Shown: positions 1 to 11,360 of the stretch, in pieces
Position numbering within the stretch: position 1 is the first letter of the stretch
Layout of the letters: each line of letters opens with the position of its first letter
Assembly (NCBI GenBank): GCA_050012675.1
Contig: JBEKGS010000009.1
Location: 1,329-65,328 of the forward strand
DNA: 64,000 nucleotides
Reading direction: 5' to 3'
Source: Acidimicrobiales bacterium
GTDB taxonomy: Bacteria > Actinomycetota > Acidimicrobiia > Acidimicrobiales > Bog-793
Translations under genes and position numbers: made by a program
Notes under the pieces: model-generated
What the model saw: only the letters and a program-made list of their open reading frames with translations
What the model was told of the DNA's origin: nothing
Databases searched by the model: none

Positions 1-1450
1 CCGCGACCGATGCAACCTCGTCGACACCCGAGGCGTCGTCTATGAGGATGGCGAACTCGTCGCCCCCGATGCGTGCAACGGTGTCGGCGGGACGGACACA
101 CGAGCTCAGGCGATCAGCTGCCGCGATCAGCACCTCATCGCCGCTCGGGTGTCCGAGCGTGTCGTTCACGTCCTTGAAACTGTCAAGATCGCAAAGCATC
201 ACCGCGACCCGGCGGGTGGGTGAGGAACGTCGCGCCAGGGCGTGCTCGATGCGATCGCCGAACAGCACGCGGTTAGGCAGTCCCGTGAGCGAGTCGTGAA
301 GGGCGTAATGGACCAGCTCGACCTGGTTCGCGCGAAGCGTCGTCACGGCGTGGCGCATCTGGCTTGTGAGGCGCAGGTTCTCGACCAGGGTGAGAACGAG
401 CCGTGTGAGCACAGCCGCCATCACGCACAGCCCGTCGATCAGGTCGAACAAGTCGACATGATTGGACTGGGTGCCTTTGATCACCGCCGTGAAGATGGCG
501 AGAGCGACGAACAAGTAGGGGAGTGCCACCTGCCAGGGCGAGGGTCCATCGACCTCGTCGCGGGCGGCGGCGGTCCGCTCGGCGGGCCAAATCGGCGCCA
601 GGGCGACGAGCCACAGTCCACCCACACGGCTCGAGTCCACGAGCGTGCCGTATCGGAACGAGGCGACATGGCTCAGGTAGGCGAGGCTGCTGTCTCCGAC
701 AGTCAGGCAGATCAGCCCGGCGACGACGAGCACGAGCGGGACGCGATGGCGTCTGCGGCCCTGGGCGAGGACGGTGATGGCGACCGTGGCGACTATCACG
801 TCGCTTATCGGGTAGGCAAGGCCGATTGCCTGGGAGAACACGCTTCCCGAGCCGGAGTGGTACACCGAGCCGAGCGCGGTAGCCCAGCTGACGATGAGCA
901 GCGACCCGGCCACGATGATGCCCTCGAGCAGCATGCGTGCTTTCGGGACCCCGGGGCCGGGCCCGGAGGAGAAAAGGAGCGCTCCGATTGCGGCAAGGGG
1001 CAGCGCGGCAAGAAACCCGGCGTCAGCCGCCGAGGGGAAGGGAACTGTCCCGTGCCTGGCAAAGTCGTACCACGTGAGGACGGCTGCACCGGCGGCCCAG
1101 AAAGCGGCGAAGGCGCCGGTCCACATCCAGGCGGGGCGCACCTGAGGAACCGCGCGGCGGCCGAAGACGAAACAGCTGACGGCGGCGAGCACGGCGACGG
1201 CGAGCTTGGCGACAACGTCGATGTCAGTTGTGGACCGGTGGTTACCCGGATGCGACGCCATCCATATGAGGAAGAGCCCGAGGAGGATCGCCGCTATGAC
1301 GGCGATTGCCCCGAAGCGTCGCAGGGCGACGGCATCGAGCTCGACAGCAACATGGTCTCCGGGCACCGGAGTCCCCGAGCCGTCGGCTCCCGGCGCGTCG
1401 GCCGGGGTGGGAGTCCCTACTCTCACGGTATCGGCGGTGTCGAGTGCCAT
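1..1450 (-). CDS. Membrane-anchored GGDEF (diguanylate cyclase) domain protein, runs off the left edge
   Basis: Not in the ORF track because it is partial. Reverse translation gives DTVARIGGDEFAIL around 45-85, in frame with ATG at 1450; the N-terminus is hydrophobic and contains PFPSAADAGFL. An upstream GTG start near 1559 is possible. Confidence 0.85.
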   Translation of the reverse strand, partial: MALDTADTVRVGTPTPADAPGADGSGTPVPGDHVAVELDAVALRRFGAIAVIAAILLGLFLIWMASHPGNHRSTTDIDVVAKLAVAVLAAVSCFVFGRRAVPQVRPAWMWTGAFAAFWAAGAAVLTWYDFARHGTVPFPSAADAGFLAALPLAAIGALLFSSGPGPGVPKARMLLEGIIVAGSLLIVSWATALGSVYHSGSGSVFSQAIGLAYPISDVIVATVAITVLAQGRRRHRVPLVLVVAGLICLTVGDSSLAYLSHVASFRYGTLVDSSRVGGLWLVALAPIWPAERTAAARDEVDGPSPWQVALPYLFVALAIFTAVIKGTQSNHVDLFDLIDGLCVMAAVLTRLVLTLVENLRLTSQMRHAVTTLRANQVELVHYALHDSLTGLPNRVLFGDRIEHALARRSSPTRRVAVMLCDLDSFKDVNDTLGHPSGDEVLIAAADRLSSCVRPADTVARIGGDEFAILIDDASGVDEVASVA

Positions 1451-1681
1451 GATCTTTGTTGCGCCAGCGCTCTCTGTCGGACCAAGTGTGGTCGACGTGC
1501 TCAGGACTGTTGCATTCCGCCGCGCGACCAAGCCCTCGGATGTCCCGAGGAGCAACACCAGATTATCGATCGTCGGGACCTGTCTCTGACGAGGTCCTGC
1601 TGATTGGCCGCCGGGAGGTCGCGACATGATTCGGTCCGCGCGCCGGCGTTCCCGCCGGGTCAGTTCTGGCTGTTCAAACGC

Positions 1682-2107
1682 CTAATCCTCGGGGGCTTGG
1701 TCCGCTCGCCGCTCGGACTTGAGCTCAGATCGCAGGCGCTTTGCCGCGAGCCTTCGGTCGACGGAGGACCTCGTCGGAGTCGTCGCTCGCCGACGGGTCC
1801 GTACCGCCAGGCCGGCGCGCACCCTCTCGCGCAGTCGGTCGAGAGCGATGTCCCGGTTGCGCGTCTGGGAGCGTTCGTCCGTGGCCACGATCCGCACCAC
1901 GGGTCCGAGCTCTGAGACAAGCCGCCTGCGTTGGTAGTCGGTCAGCACCGCGGACTCCTCGAGGTTCCAGATGAGCGTCACTTTGGTGTTCGAGGTGTTG
2001 GCGTGCTGGCCTCCGGGGCCGCCGCTCCCCGAGAATCGCCACCGGAGCTCGCCTGCAGGGATGGTCAGCAACCGCGTGACGACGAGATCACCGCTGACAT
2101 CGACCAT
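1682..2107 (-). CDS. arfB: Alternative ribosome-rescue peptidyl-tRNA hydrolase ArfB (YaeJ)
   Basis: SGGPGGQHANT (GGQ) motif, RSQTRNR and a basic C-terminal tail (RRRATTPTRSSVDRRLAAKR). Confidence 0.93.
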   Translation of the reverse strand: MVDVSGDLVVTRLLTIPAGELRWRFSGSGGPGGQHANTSNTKVTLIWNLEESAVLTDYQRRRLVSELGPVVRIVATDERSQTRNRDIALDRLRERVRAGLAVRTRRRATTPTRSSVDRRLAAKRLRSELKSERRADQAPED

Positions 2108-2219
2108 CGCTCAATGCTCCTCAGACCCACGGCATGCGGCTGCCCGGACCGGCCCGGCGCCCGTTCGCCCAGGGAGGAAGGGCGCCGCAAGACGACCTGC
2201 AGCCATGCTAAAGACACCG

Positions 2220-3167
2220 TCAGGCGAAGCGGACGACGCAGAAGGTGCCCATCGCGAGGCAGTACAGGCCGAAGGGCCACAGCGTGCGAGTCTTGAAGTA
2301 CCGGGTCAGGAAGGCGACTGAGACCAGGGCGCCCACGAACGCGCATCCGGCGCCGATCAGGGCCTGGCCGCGGACACCGTTGCCGAGGGGACCGAGCAGG
2401 TCGGGGATCTTGTAGACCCCGGCGAGGAGGATGATCGGCGTCGCTAACAGGAACGAGAACCGGGCCGCGTCCTCGTAGTCCAACCCACGGAAAAGCCCCG
2501 CCACCATCGTTATGCCCGAGCGACTTATGCCCGCGAGCAGCGCCAGTACCTGCGCGGTCCCGATCACGCCCGCTTCCTTGAAGTCGAGAATCCTGCGAGG
2601 TGCAAGATGCTCGTGCCGTTCCCGGATCCCGGCGCGGCGCCTCGAGACTTCACCTGCGAAGAGGATGAATCCGTTGATCACAAGGAAGATCGAGGCCGCG
2701 AGAGGCTTGGAGAACAGCACCCGGAACGGGTGCTCCAAGATGACCCCGGTGATACCGGCGGGGATGGTCGCCACGACGAGGAGCCAGCCGAGCCGCTCGG
2801 TCGAGTTGGAGATTGTCCGGGTGCGAGCCGAGCGCAGCACGCCGAGGACGATCGCCTTCCATTCCTTCCAGAAGTACGCCACCAGCGCGAGCGCCGTGCC
2901 TACATGAAGTGCGACCACCAATGCGAGCCAGAACGACTCGGGCTTGCTCTCCGACGCGACGAGGTTGTGCCAGCCGAAAAGGGCGGGGAAGATGACGGCG
3001 TGGCCCAGGCTTGAGACGGGGAACAGTTCACTCACGCCCTGTAGCAGGCCGAGGACGATCGCCTGGAAGAAGGTGATCTTGCTCTGGGGGGCGATGGCGT
3101 GGCCGAGCCCGCTCGACTTGGACACGACCACGATATGGGCGAAGTGTTGGACGCTCGGAATCAGCAC
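2220..3167 (-). CDS. uppP: Undecaprenyl-diphosphate phosphatase (BacA family)
   Basis: QGVSELFPVSSLGH, GISRSG and AARFSFLL motifs; start codon uncertain. Confidence 0.92.
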   Translation of the reverse strand: MLIPSVQHFAHIVVVSKSSGLGHAIAPQSKITFFQAIVLGLLQGVSELFPVSSLGHAVIFPALFGWHNLVASESKPESFWLALVVALHVGTALALVAYFWKEWKAIVLGVLRSARTRTISNSTERLGWLLVVATIPAGITGVILEHPFRVLFSKPLAASIFLVINGFILFAGEVSRRRAGIRERHEHLAPRRILDFKEAGVIGTAQVLALLAGISRSGITMVAGLFRGLDYEDAARFSFLLATPIILLAGVYKIPDLLGPLGNGVRGQALIGAGCAFVGALVSVAFLTRYFKTRTLWPFGLYCLAMGTFCVVRFA

Positions 3168-3385
3168 CGCCGGAGCATATCGAGGAGCGGCGCGTCACCT
3201 CGATCATCACCTTGTCGCAGGTCCTGGTGCCAAGGTGTCGCGAGGCGCTGCAGGGATGCATGTTGTCGACCGGCTTCGCCCCGCTCGAGGGGAACAGGTC
3301 CTGTCGCGCAACTAAGCTCCATAGCAATCGAATCGACGCGAGCGATGCTGCGCGTAAGGCGGCGTGCTCGCCCTAACGGCAGGCG

Positions 3386-4741
3386 GTGATCGTGGTGGAA
3401 TCCGTTGAGGTCCCTCAGGTGCGCGAGGTGCGGACGGTGATCCCCGGGCCCCGGTCGGCCGCGCTTGCCGCGCGTAGGAAGGCGTCGGTCCCAGCCGGAG
3501 TGGGGGCGACGATGCCGATATTCGCCGAGCGTGCGTACGGCGGCGTCGTGGTCGACGTCGACGGCAACTCGTTCATCGACCTCGGCGCAGGCATCGCGGT
3601 CTTGAACGTTGGGTCCAGCGCCCCGGCGGTCGTGGAGGCGGTGACCGAGCAGGTTCAGCGTTTCACCCACACCTGTTTCCAGGTGACCGGCTTCGAGGGC
3701 TACATCGCCCTCGCGGAGCGCCTCAATGCGTTGGTGCCCGGGACCCATGACAAACGCAGCCTTTTTGTGAACTCGGGTGCCGAGGCGATCGAGAACGCCG
3801 TGAAGATCGCCAGGTCCTTCACCGGTCGCCAGGCAGTGGTTGTGTTCGACCACGCCTTCCACGGCCGAACTCTTCTCACCATGTCGCTCACGGCCAAGGC
3901 CATGCCCTACAAGTCCGGCTTCGGGCCTTTTGCGCCCGAGATCTACCGCGAGCCTTTCAGTTACCCCTACCGCTGTGCCGCCGGGGCGCCGCCCGAGCGG
4001 TGCGGAGAGGCATGTGCGGATCTGGCGATCGCCTCGATGGACAGCCAGATCGGAGGCAACCGCATCGCCTGCGTGCTCGTGGAACCGGTGCAGGGTGAGG
4101 GCGGCGTGATCGTCCCGGCCGAAGGCTTCCTTCCCCGACTGGCGGAATATTGCAGGGAGCACGGGATCGTCTTCATCGCCGACGAGGTTCAAGCCGGTAT
4201 GGCAAGGACGGGCAGGATGTTCTCCTGCGAGCACTTCGGTATCATCCCGGACCTGTTGGCGACGGCAAAGGGTCTTGGGGGCGGCCTGCCGATAGGTGGT
4301 GTCACCGGAAGGGCCGACATCATGGACGCCATTCATCCCGGGGGGCTCGGTTCCACTTTTGGTGGCAACCCCGTCTCATGTGCCGCGGCGCTCGGGGCGC
4401 TCTCGGAGATCGAGTCCCGAGGTCTCGTCGCTCGCGCTGCTCACATCGGCGAGATCTTCCAAGCCCGGCTAGGCAGTCTTGCCGAAGAAGTGCCCGCAGT
4501 GGGAGATGTCCGCATCATCGGGGCCATGGCCGCGCTGGAATTCGTCACCGACCCGAAGACCAAGGAACCCGATCCTCGCGCGACCGCGAGGGTTCTCGCC
4601 GCTTGCCACGCCGAGGGCGTGATCTTGTTGAAGGCCGGCACTTACGACAACGTCGTGCGCATCCTTCCGCCGCTTGTGATCTCGGAAGATCTCCTGAACG
4701 ACGGTCTCTCCGTGCTAGAGAAGGCGGTCCGCTCGCTGTAA
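3386..4741 (+). CDS. gabT: 4-aminobutyrate aminotransferase-like class III PLP aminotransferase
   Basis: NSGAEAIENAVK, FHGRT, DEVQAG, AKGLGGG and STFGGNP motifs. Confidence 0.88.
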   Translation: MIVVESVEVPQVREVRTVIPGPRSAALAARRKASVPAGVGATMPIFAERAYGGVVVDVDGNSFIDLGAGIAVLNVGSSAPAVVEAVTEQVQRFTHTCFQVTGFEGYIALAERLNALVPGTHDKRSLFVNSGAEAIENAVKIARSFTGRQAVVVFDHAFHGRTLLTMSLTAKAMPYKSGFGPFAPEIYREPFSYPYRCAAGAPPERCGEACADLAIASMDSQIGGNRIACVLVEPVQGEGGVIVPAEGFLPRLAEYCREHGIVFIADEVQAGMARTGRMFSCEHFGIIPDLLATAKGLGGGLPIGGVTGRADIMDAIHPGGLGSTFGGNPVSCAAALGALSEIESRGLVARAAHIGEIFQARLGSLAEEVPAVGDVRIIGAMAALEFVTDPKTKEPDPRATARVLAACHAEGVILLKAGTYDNVVRILPPLVISEDLLNDGLSVLEKAVRSL

Positions 4742-4787
4742 GGCGACCCTCCAGGGGTGAAAGGCGGCTATCGCGAGGAGCCGCGGG

Positions 4788-6017
4788 TCACTTCGTGAAG
4801 GCGACGGTGATGTAGTCGGGGACTATCTCCCACCAGGTCGTGCCGCGCCCGAGCGTGATCGGCTTGCCGTCGGGGAAGGAGAACTTCGTGATGTTCTTCG
4901 GTCCTGGCCGGTCCCAGGTCCCCGTCTCGACGCGGCCACTGCGCAGCACGTATACGGGGCCGGAACCGACTGTGAGGCTCTCGACATCGGGGCTGTCGGG
5001 CCCGCTCTCGTTGTAAGGCCCGGGCCTGGTCTTAACGATCTGGATCACGACGTTCGTCGTGTGGAGCTGTTGCCCGGCGGGATCGACGTCCGGTGAGGTG
5101 TCGTAAAAGCGCAGCCACTCGTTCTCGGTTCGGCTCCACTTCCAGACAACTGGCGAGGCGCTCGAGAACGGGATCGAAACTACCCTGGCGGGCGTCGCAC
5201 CGGCCGGAACCGACTTGGAGAACTTGAAGAGCCGGGGCGGCAGAGTCTTGGCAGCAGGGAACAGTCCCCAGAGCGCTTTGGTCGATGTGTAGTAGTTGTA
5301 CGGCGCGCCCTGGCTCGCAGGCAAGGAGGAGGAGCTGTACCGGTAAAAGGCGTTGGCAGTCGGGTCCTCGCTGCCGTTGGCGTCGTAGATCCACGGAAGT
5401 GTCGCGGCCTCCTGCATCCAGGGGTCGATCCCCCCGCTGTAGGCGAGTATCGCCTGGCGGTACGGCTCGAGGACGTTCCAGTCATCCCAGCGGACGGAGC
5501 GGACAGGCCCTATGAGGGGTGCGTCCTGGCACTGGAAGACCGCCATGTAGCGGGTGATCCCGCCTTCTGCCATCTCCTCGTAGACGATGTCCGCCTGGTC
5601 GAGGCCACTTTGTGGGCGAGAGGCCGGGTCGTTGCCGATCTTCACGGCCAGCGCGGGTCGCTGCGGTGCGTTCCCAGCGGGCGCCGGCAGGCCCGTCAGG
5701 GGACAGAGCTTCGAGTTCGTCACCACCTGAGGCAGACTCGTCGAGGGGACCGTGCCGAGAATGGACGAGGTGGTCGAGGAGCCGGCGACCTTGGGAGGCT
5801 TCGTGCCGCCCGACAGCACGGCCGCGAGCACGACTCCGACGAGCACGACGATCACAACCGCGCCGGCGACAAGACCGATTCGCTGTCTACGGCCCAAGCC
5901 AGCCAGACGTCGCCCGAGACCACCGGAGCTTGCGGCACCCCGCCCGACACTTCGTCCGTTGCCCTTGCCGTTGCCCTTGCCGTTGCCTCGGCGGTGCCGA
6001 GGGGGTTGTTCGCTCAT
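4788..6017 (-). CDS. DUF3048 / YerB-like membrane-anchored secreted protein
   Basis: One TM helix, then CPLTG, RPQSGLDQADIVYEEMAEGGITR and GPVRSVR. Confidence 0.85.
   Translation of the reverse strand: MSEQPPRHRRGNGKGNGKGNGRSVGRGAASSGGLGRRLAGLGRRQRIGLVAGAVVIVVLVGVVLAAVLSGGTKPPKVAGSSTTSSILGTVPSTSLPQVVTNSKLCPLTGLPAPAGNAPQRPALAVKIGNDPASRPQSGLDQADIVYEEMAEGGITRYMAVFQCQDAPLIGPVRSVRWDDWNVLEPYRQAILAYSGGIDPWMQEAATLPWIYDANGSEDPTANAFYRYSSSSLPASQGAPYNYYTSTKALWGLFPAAKTLPPRLFKFSKSVPAGATPARVVSIPFSSASPVVWKWSRTENEWLRFYDTSPDVDPAGQQLHTTNVVIQIVKTRPGPYNESGPDSPDVESLTVGSGPVYVLRSGRVETGTWDRPGPKNITKFSFPDGKPITLGRGTTWWEIVPDYITVAFTK
5956..5987. repeat. 12-bp tandem repeat (CCGTTGCCCTTG x2.7) encoding GNGKGNGKGNG
   Basis: Read directly in the sequence. 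Confidence 0.7.
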
Positions 6018-6203
6018 TTCTCGCTCTCTTGGACGCTGCTCAGACCTTGACTCACGCCTGCGAAAGTACCGGAGACCGAGCGCGAAAGGGGGGATGCCCG
6101 CCTTTGTGGACCGTTCTGGCTTGCGCCCCGCCCGCCAGGTCCCCGGACCGGGCCAGGGCCCGGGCCGGCGAGCCTGCTCGGAAGACGGGACGACCCAGGG
6201 GAT

Positions 6204-7697
<1,494 letters not shown>

Positions 7698-7858
7698 AGC
7701 ATGATTCTCCCCGCTCGTCGGAGTCCCGGCAAACGGGCCGCGCCCGCGCTCAGGTCCTCAAGGGCCGGTGCGGCCGACCAAGACGACGGACCCGGACGAC
7801 GACCTCACCGACATGGTCTGGCGATCGAGCTGTTGTGGGGCGCGCGGTACTACAGTGC

Positions 7859-9154
7859 GTGACTACGCGGAAGGTTCTTCGAGAGGCGCGCTGGCCTGGT
7901 GAGATAGCCGTGGAAGACGGCGTCATCACCGAGGTCGGCTCTGTCGCAGCGAGCTCCGGCGACGAGGTGATCGCCTGCGACGGCGGCATTGTCACCGCCG
8001 GTCTCATCAACACCCACCATCACCTCTACCAGTGGCTCACCCGTGGTCGCGCCATCAACTGCGACCTTTTCACGTGGCTCCAGGAGCTCTACCCGGTCTG
8101 GGCGCGCATAGGCGTCGAGGACGTTGGCGTAGCAGCGACGGTCGGTCTCGCAGAGCTCGCCCTGAGCGGCACGACGACTGTGGCCGACCACCACTACGTC
8201 GTTCCTCGCGGCGACGACTCGGTTTTCGACGCCATCGCCGCGGCGGCGCGCGATGTCGGCGTCCGCCTCCACCTTTCGCGCGGATCGATGGACCTCGGCC
8301 AGAGCGCCGGCGGCCTGCCTCCCGACGAGGTGGTCGAGCGCACCGACTCCATCCTGGCCTCGACGGAGTCGGTGGTGGCCCGGTTGCACGACGGCGACAT
8401 GGTCAGTGTCGTGGTGGCGCCGTGCAGCCCATTTTCGGTCACCGCCGATCTCATGCGCGAGTCCGCCGCGCTGGCCCGGCGACTAGGTCTGCGCCTGCAC
8501 ACTCACCTCGCCGAGACGATGGCCGAGGAACGCGACTGCCTGGCGCGATTCGGTCGGCGCCCGCTGGATGTCGTCGACGAGCTCGGGTGGCTCGGTGGGG
8601 ACGTGTGGTACGCGCACGGCGTCCACTTCAATGAATCGGAGGTCTCAAGGATTGGGGCAGCCGGAGCAGGGGTAGCCCACTGCCCGAGCTCGAACGCCCG
8701 GCTGGCGTCGGGATTCTGCCCGGTTCGCGACCTGATCGACGCGGGAGCGCCGGTTGGCCTGGGCGTGGACGGGGTCGCCTCCAACGAAGGGGGAGACCTC
8801 CTGCCTGAGTTGAAACAGGCATTGTTCCTGGCCCGGTTGCGCTCCGGCCAACCGGACGCGCTCACGCCGAGTCAGGCGCTCGAGCTCGCCACTTCGGGAG
8901 GTGGGCGCTGTATCGGCAGGCCAGATCTCGGACGCCTCGAAGTGGGAGCCCCGGCCGACATAGCCGTGTGGCCGGCCGATGACCTCGCCGACATCGCCGA
9001 TGCAGTCGCCGGACTCGTGCTCGGGCCCTCCCGCAAGGTGCGCCACCTGCTCGTCGGGGGTGAAGCGGTCGTCACCGACGGCGAGCTTGTGGGTGTGGAC
9101 ATTCGCGCCGCTCATGGCGAGCTCGCCCGCCGCGCCCGGCGTCTGTGGGCCTGA
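7859..9154 (+). CDS. Amidohydrolase, 8-oxoguanine deaminase / AtzB-like
   Basis: GLINTHHHLYQ, PCSPF, HTHLAE, HCPSSN and GVDGVASN motifs; GTG at 7859 chosen over the 7400 ORF start. Confidence 0.82.
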   Translation: MTTRKVLREARWPGEIAVEDGVITEVGSVAASSGDEVIACDGGIVTAGLINTHHHLYQWLTRGRAINCDLFTWLQELYPVWARIGVEDVGVAATVGLAELALSGTTTVADHHYVVPRGDDSVFDAIAAAARDVGVRLHLSRGSMDLGQSAGGLPPDEVVERTDSILASTESVVARLHDGDMVSVVVAPCSPFSVTADLMRESAALARRLGLRLHTHLAETMAEERDCLARFGRRPLDVVDELGWLGGDVWYAHGVHFNESEVSRIGAAGAGVAHCPSSNARLASGFCPVRDLIDAGAPVGLGVDGVASNEGGDLLPELKQALFLARLRSGQPDALTPSQALELATSGGGRCIGRPDLGRLEVGAPADIAVWPADDLADIADAVAGLVLGPSRKVRHLLVGGEAVVTDGELVGVDIRAAHGELARRARRLWA

Positions 9155-9234
9155 ACGACGTTTTCGGCCCCGACCCGCGAGGTGTGACTGTCCTCAAGCA
9201 GAGGCGCTGGTTTGCCGGGCGTGACACCGTAGGG

Positions 9235-9405
9235 CGGATTCGCTTGCTTTGACCTGCGGTTCTGACGTGGCGACGGAACGCCAGTACGATGAGCCGAAAC
9301 GAAACCAAGGTCAAAGAGCCTTAATCCGGCAGGAAGCCGGTGCGGGCTGTATTTCGCGCCATTACAGGGTGCGGGGGCCGTCTATCAGAAAATGAAAGGG
9401 GAGAT
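9235..9405 (+). promoter_or_regulatory. Structured leader or promoter region of the carbamoyltransferase operon
   Basis: TACGAT -10-like hexamer at 9285-9290; 9-bp inverted repeat CTTTGACCT (9247-9255) / AGGTCAAAG (9308-9316); hairpin 9326-9340; RBS AAAGGGGAG before ATG 9411. Confidence 0.45.
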
Positions 9406-9410
9406 ACGAC

Positions 9411-10364
9411 ATGAGGAGCTTCCTCGGTCGGGACATCTTGTCCTTGAAGGACATGGAGCGAGAAGAGTACTTCCAGATCTTCTCGGTAGCCGACAGGCTC
9501 AAGCCGTTCGCCGCAGAGCGCCGCAACGGCGACCTGCTCAAGCACAAGACGCTGTTGACAGCGTTCTACCAGCCGAGCACCCGCACGCGCCTTGCGACAG
9601 AGGCTGCCATGCACCGCCTCGGCGGCCATGTGCTCGGCTTCTCGGACGCCAAGATGACGCGCGCCGGTGACTTCTACCAGGAGACCATCAAGGACACCGT
9701 CCACATGCTCGAGTACTACGGCGACGTCATCGCGATGCGCCACTTCCAGCAGGGCGCTCCCCACGAGGCGGCGAAGTGGGCCTCGGTACCGGTCATCAAC
9801 TGTGGTGACGGCTGGGGAGAACACCCGACCCAGGTACTCACTGACTTGTACACGATCTGGCAGCAGAAGGGACGTCTCGACGGCCTCAAGTTCCTCTGTG
9901 TCGGCGACATGCGGATGCGCACGATGCACTCGATCCTCTACGCCTGCTCCCAGTTCGACATCAAGGCTTTCGTGGTCGGGCCCCCGGACATGTCGCTGCT
10001 CGACGAGTTCAAGGTCGAGCTGGACGAGCTGAACGTCCAGTACCAGGCGAAGGAGAGCGTCGAGGCCTGCATCGCCGACGCCGATGTCATCTACATGGAG
10101 CCTGTGGTGCAGGCGGACTACACGGTGTCGCGCGACGAGGCCACCGAGGACAAGGGACTCACGCCCGCTGCCTACCGCGTCACGCGGGAACTGCTCAAGG
10201 CCAAGGCCAAGAGCGACGCCATCATCCTGCACTCGCTGCCCCGTATGGACGAGCTGCCCCCCGACGTCGACGCCACCCGGCACGCCCGCTACTGGGTCGA
10301 GGCCTTCAACGGCGTCGTCATGCGCATGGCTCTGCTCTCGCTCGTCCTCGGCGCGATCGAGTAG
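9411..10364 (+). CDS. Aspartate carbamoyltransferase-like transcarbamylase with non-canonical acceptor site
   Basis: PSTRT, HPTQ, RTMHS and HSLPR motifs; lacks the KGES and TRxQ aspartate-binding motifs of PyrB. Confidence 0.85.
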   Translation: MRSFLGRDILSLKDMEREEYFQIFSVADRLKPFAAERRNGDLLKHKTLLTAFYQPSTRTRLATEAAMHRLGGHVLGFSDAKMTRAGDFYQETIKDTVHMLEYYGDVIAMRHFQQGAPHEAAKWASVPVINCGDGWGEHPTQVLTDLYTIWQQKGRLDGLKFLCVGDMRMRTMHSILYACSQFDIKAFVVGPPDMSLLDEFKVELDELNVQYQAKESVEACIADADVIYMEPVVQADYTVSRDEATEDKGLTPAAYRVTRELLKAKAKSDAIILHSLPRMDELPPDVDATRHARYWVEAFNGVVMRMALLSLVLGAIE

Positions 10365-10372
10365 GCGCGACC

Positions 10373-11347
10373 ATGCAGACCCATCTTCGCGGTCGCGACT
10401 GCATCACCTTGCAGGAGTTCACCAAGGACGAGCTCGACACACTCTTGGACGTCGCCTTCGCTCTGAAGCGGGCGCGCGCCCTTGGCGAACCGCACGCCTA
10501 CCTGCGCGACAAGGTCCTCGCCATGCTCTTCTTCTTCTCGAGCACCCGGACCCGCACCTCCTTCGAGGCCGGAATGGCTCAGCTCGGCGGGCACGCCCAG
10601 TTCATCGAGTCCAAGACAACCCAGATCGCCCATGGCGACACGGCCAAGGAGATCGGCGAGATCCTGGGCCGTTACAACGACGGCATCGCCATCCGCCAGT
10701 GCGACTGGGGCACCGGCAACAAGTACATCAACGACGTGGCCGAGGCGAGCCGTGTGCCCGTGTTGAACATGCAGTGCGACGTCTACCATCCCCACCAGGC
10801 CCTTGCCGACATCATGACGATCATCGAGCACTTCGGTGACCCGCGGGGCAAGACGGCGACGGTGAGCTGGGCGAGGGCGTCGAGCTACTCCAAGCCCCTC
10901 AGCGCGGCCCAGAGCCTCGTGCTGTTGCTGCCGCGTTTCGGGATGAACCTGCGCCTCGTGCACCCGCCCGAGTTCAAGCTCATGCCCGACATCGTCGAGC
11001 AGGGCCGCGAGAACGCCCGTAAGGCCCACGTCAGCTTCGAGGTCATGAACGATTTCGACGAGGGCTTCAAAGCCAGCGACGTCATCTATGCCAAGAGCTG
11101 GGGAGCCCTTATGACCACCCAGGACCCCGAAGAGGACAAGCGGCTCATCGACAAGTACGACACCTGGATCACCGACGAAAAGCGCATGGCGCTCACCAAC
11201 GACGACGCCATCTACATGCACCCGTTGCCGGCGGACCGCAACGTGGAAGTCGCCGACGCGGTCATCGACGGACCGAAGTCCATCGTCTACGACCAGGCCG
11301 AGAACCGCCTTCACGCCCAAAAGGCCGTGATGGCGCTGACGATGTGA
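10373..11347 (+). CDS. YgeW-like / ornithine carbamoyltransferase-family transcarbamylase
   Basis: SSTRTR, HPHQ, SWARASSYSKPLS, YAKSW and MHPLP; no DxxxSMG ornithine loop. Confidence 0.85.
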   Translation: MQTHLRGRDCITLQEFTKDELDTLLDVAFALKRARALGEPHAYLRDKVLAMLFFFSSTRTRTSFEAGMAQLGGHAQFIESKTTQIAHGDTAKEIGEILGRYNDGIAIRQCDWGTGNKYINDVAEASRVPVLNMQCDVYHPHQALADIMTIIEHFGDPRGKTATVSWARASSYSKPLSAAQSLVLLLPRFGMNLRLVHPPEFKLMPDIVEQGRENARKAHVSFEVMNDFDEGFKASDVIYAKSWGALMTTQDPEEDKRLIDKYDTWITDEKRMALTNDDAIYMHPLPADRNVEVADAVIDGPKSIVYDQAENRLHAQKAVMALTM

Positions 11348-11360
11348 GCTGGGTGAGACA

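Noticed and set aside
242-1603. 453-aa plus-strand ORF
   Set aside because: Antisense shadow of the minus-strand GGDEF gene; no recognisable motifs
9261-9306. CTGACG...GATGAG...GAAAC resembling a hammerhead ribozyme core
   Set aside because: No correct CUGANGA-stem II-GAAA arrangement
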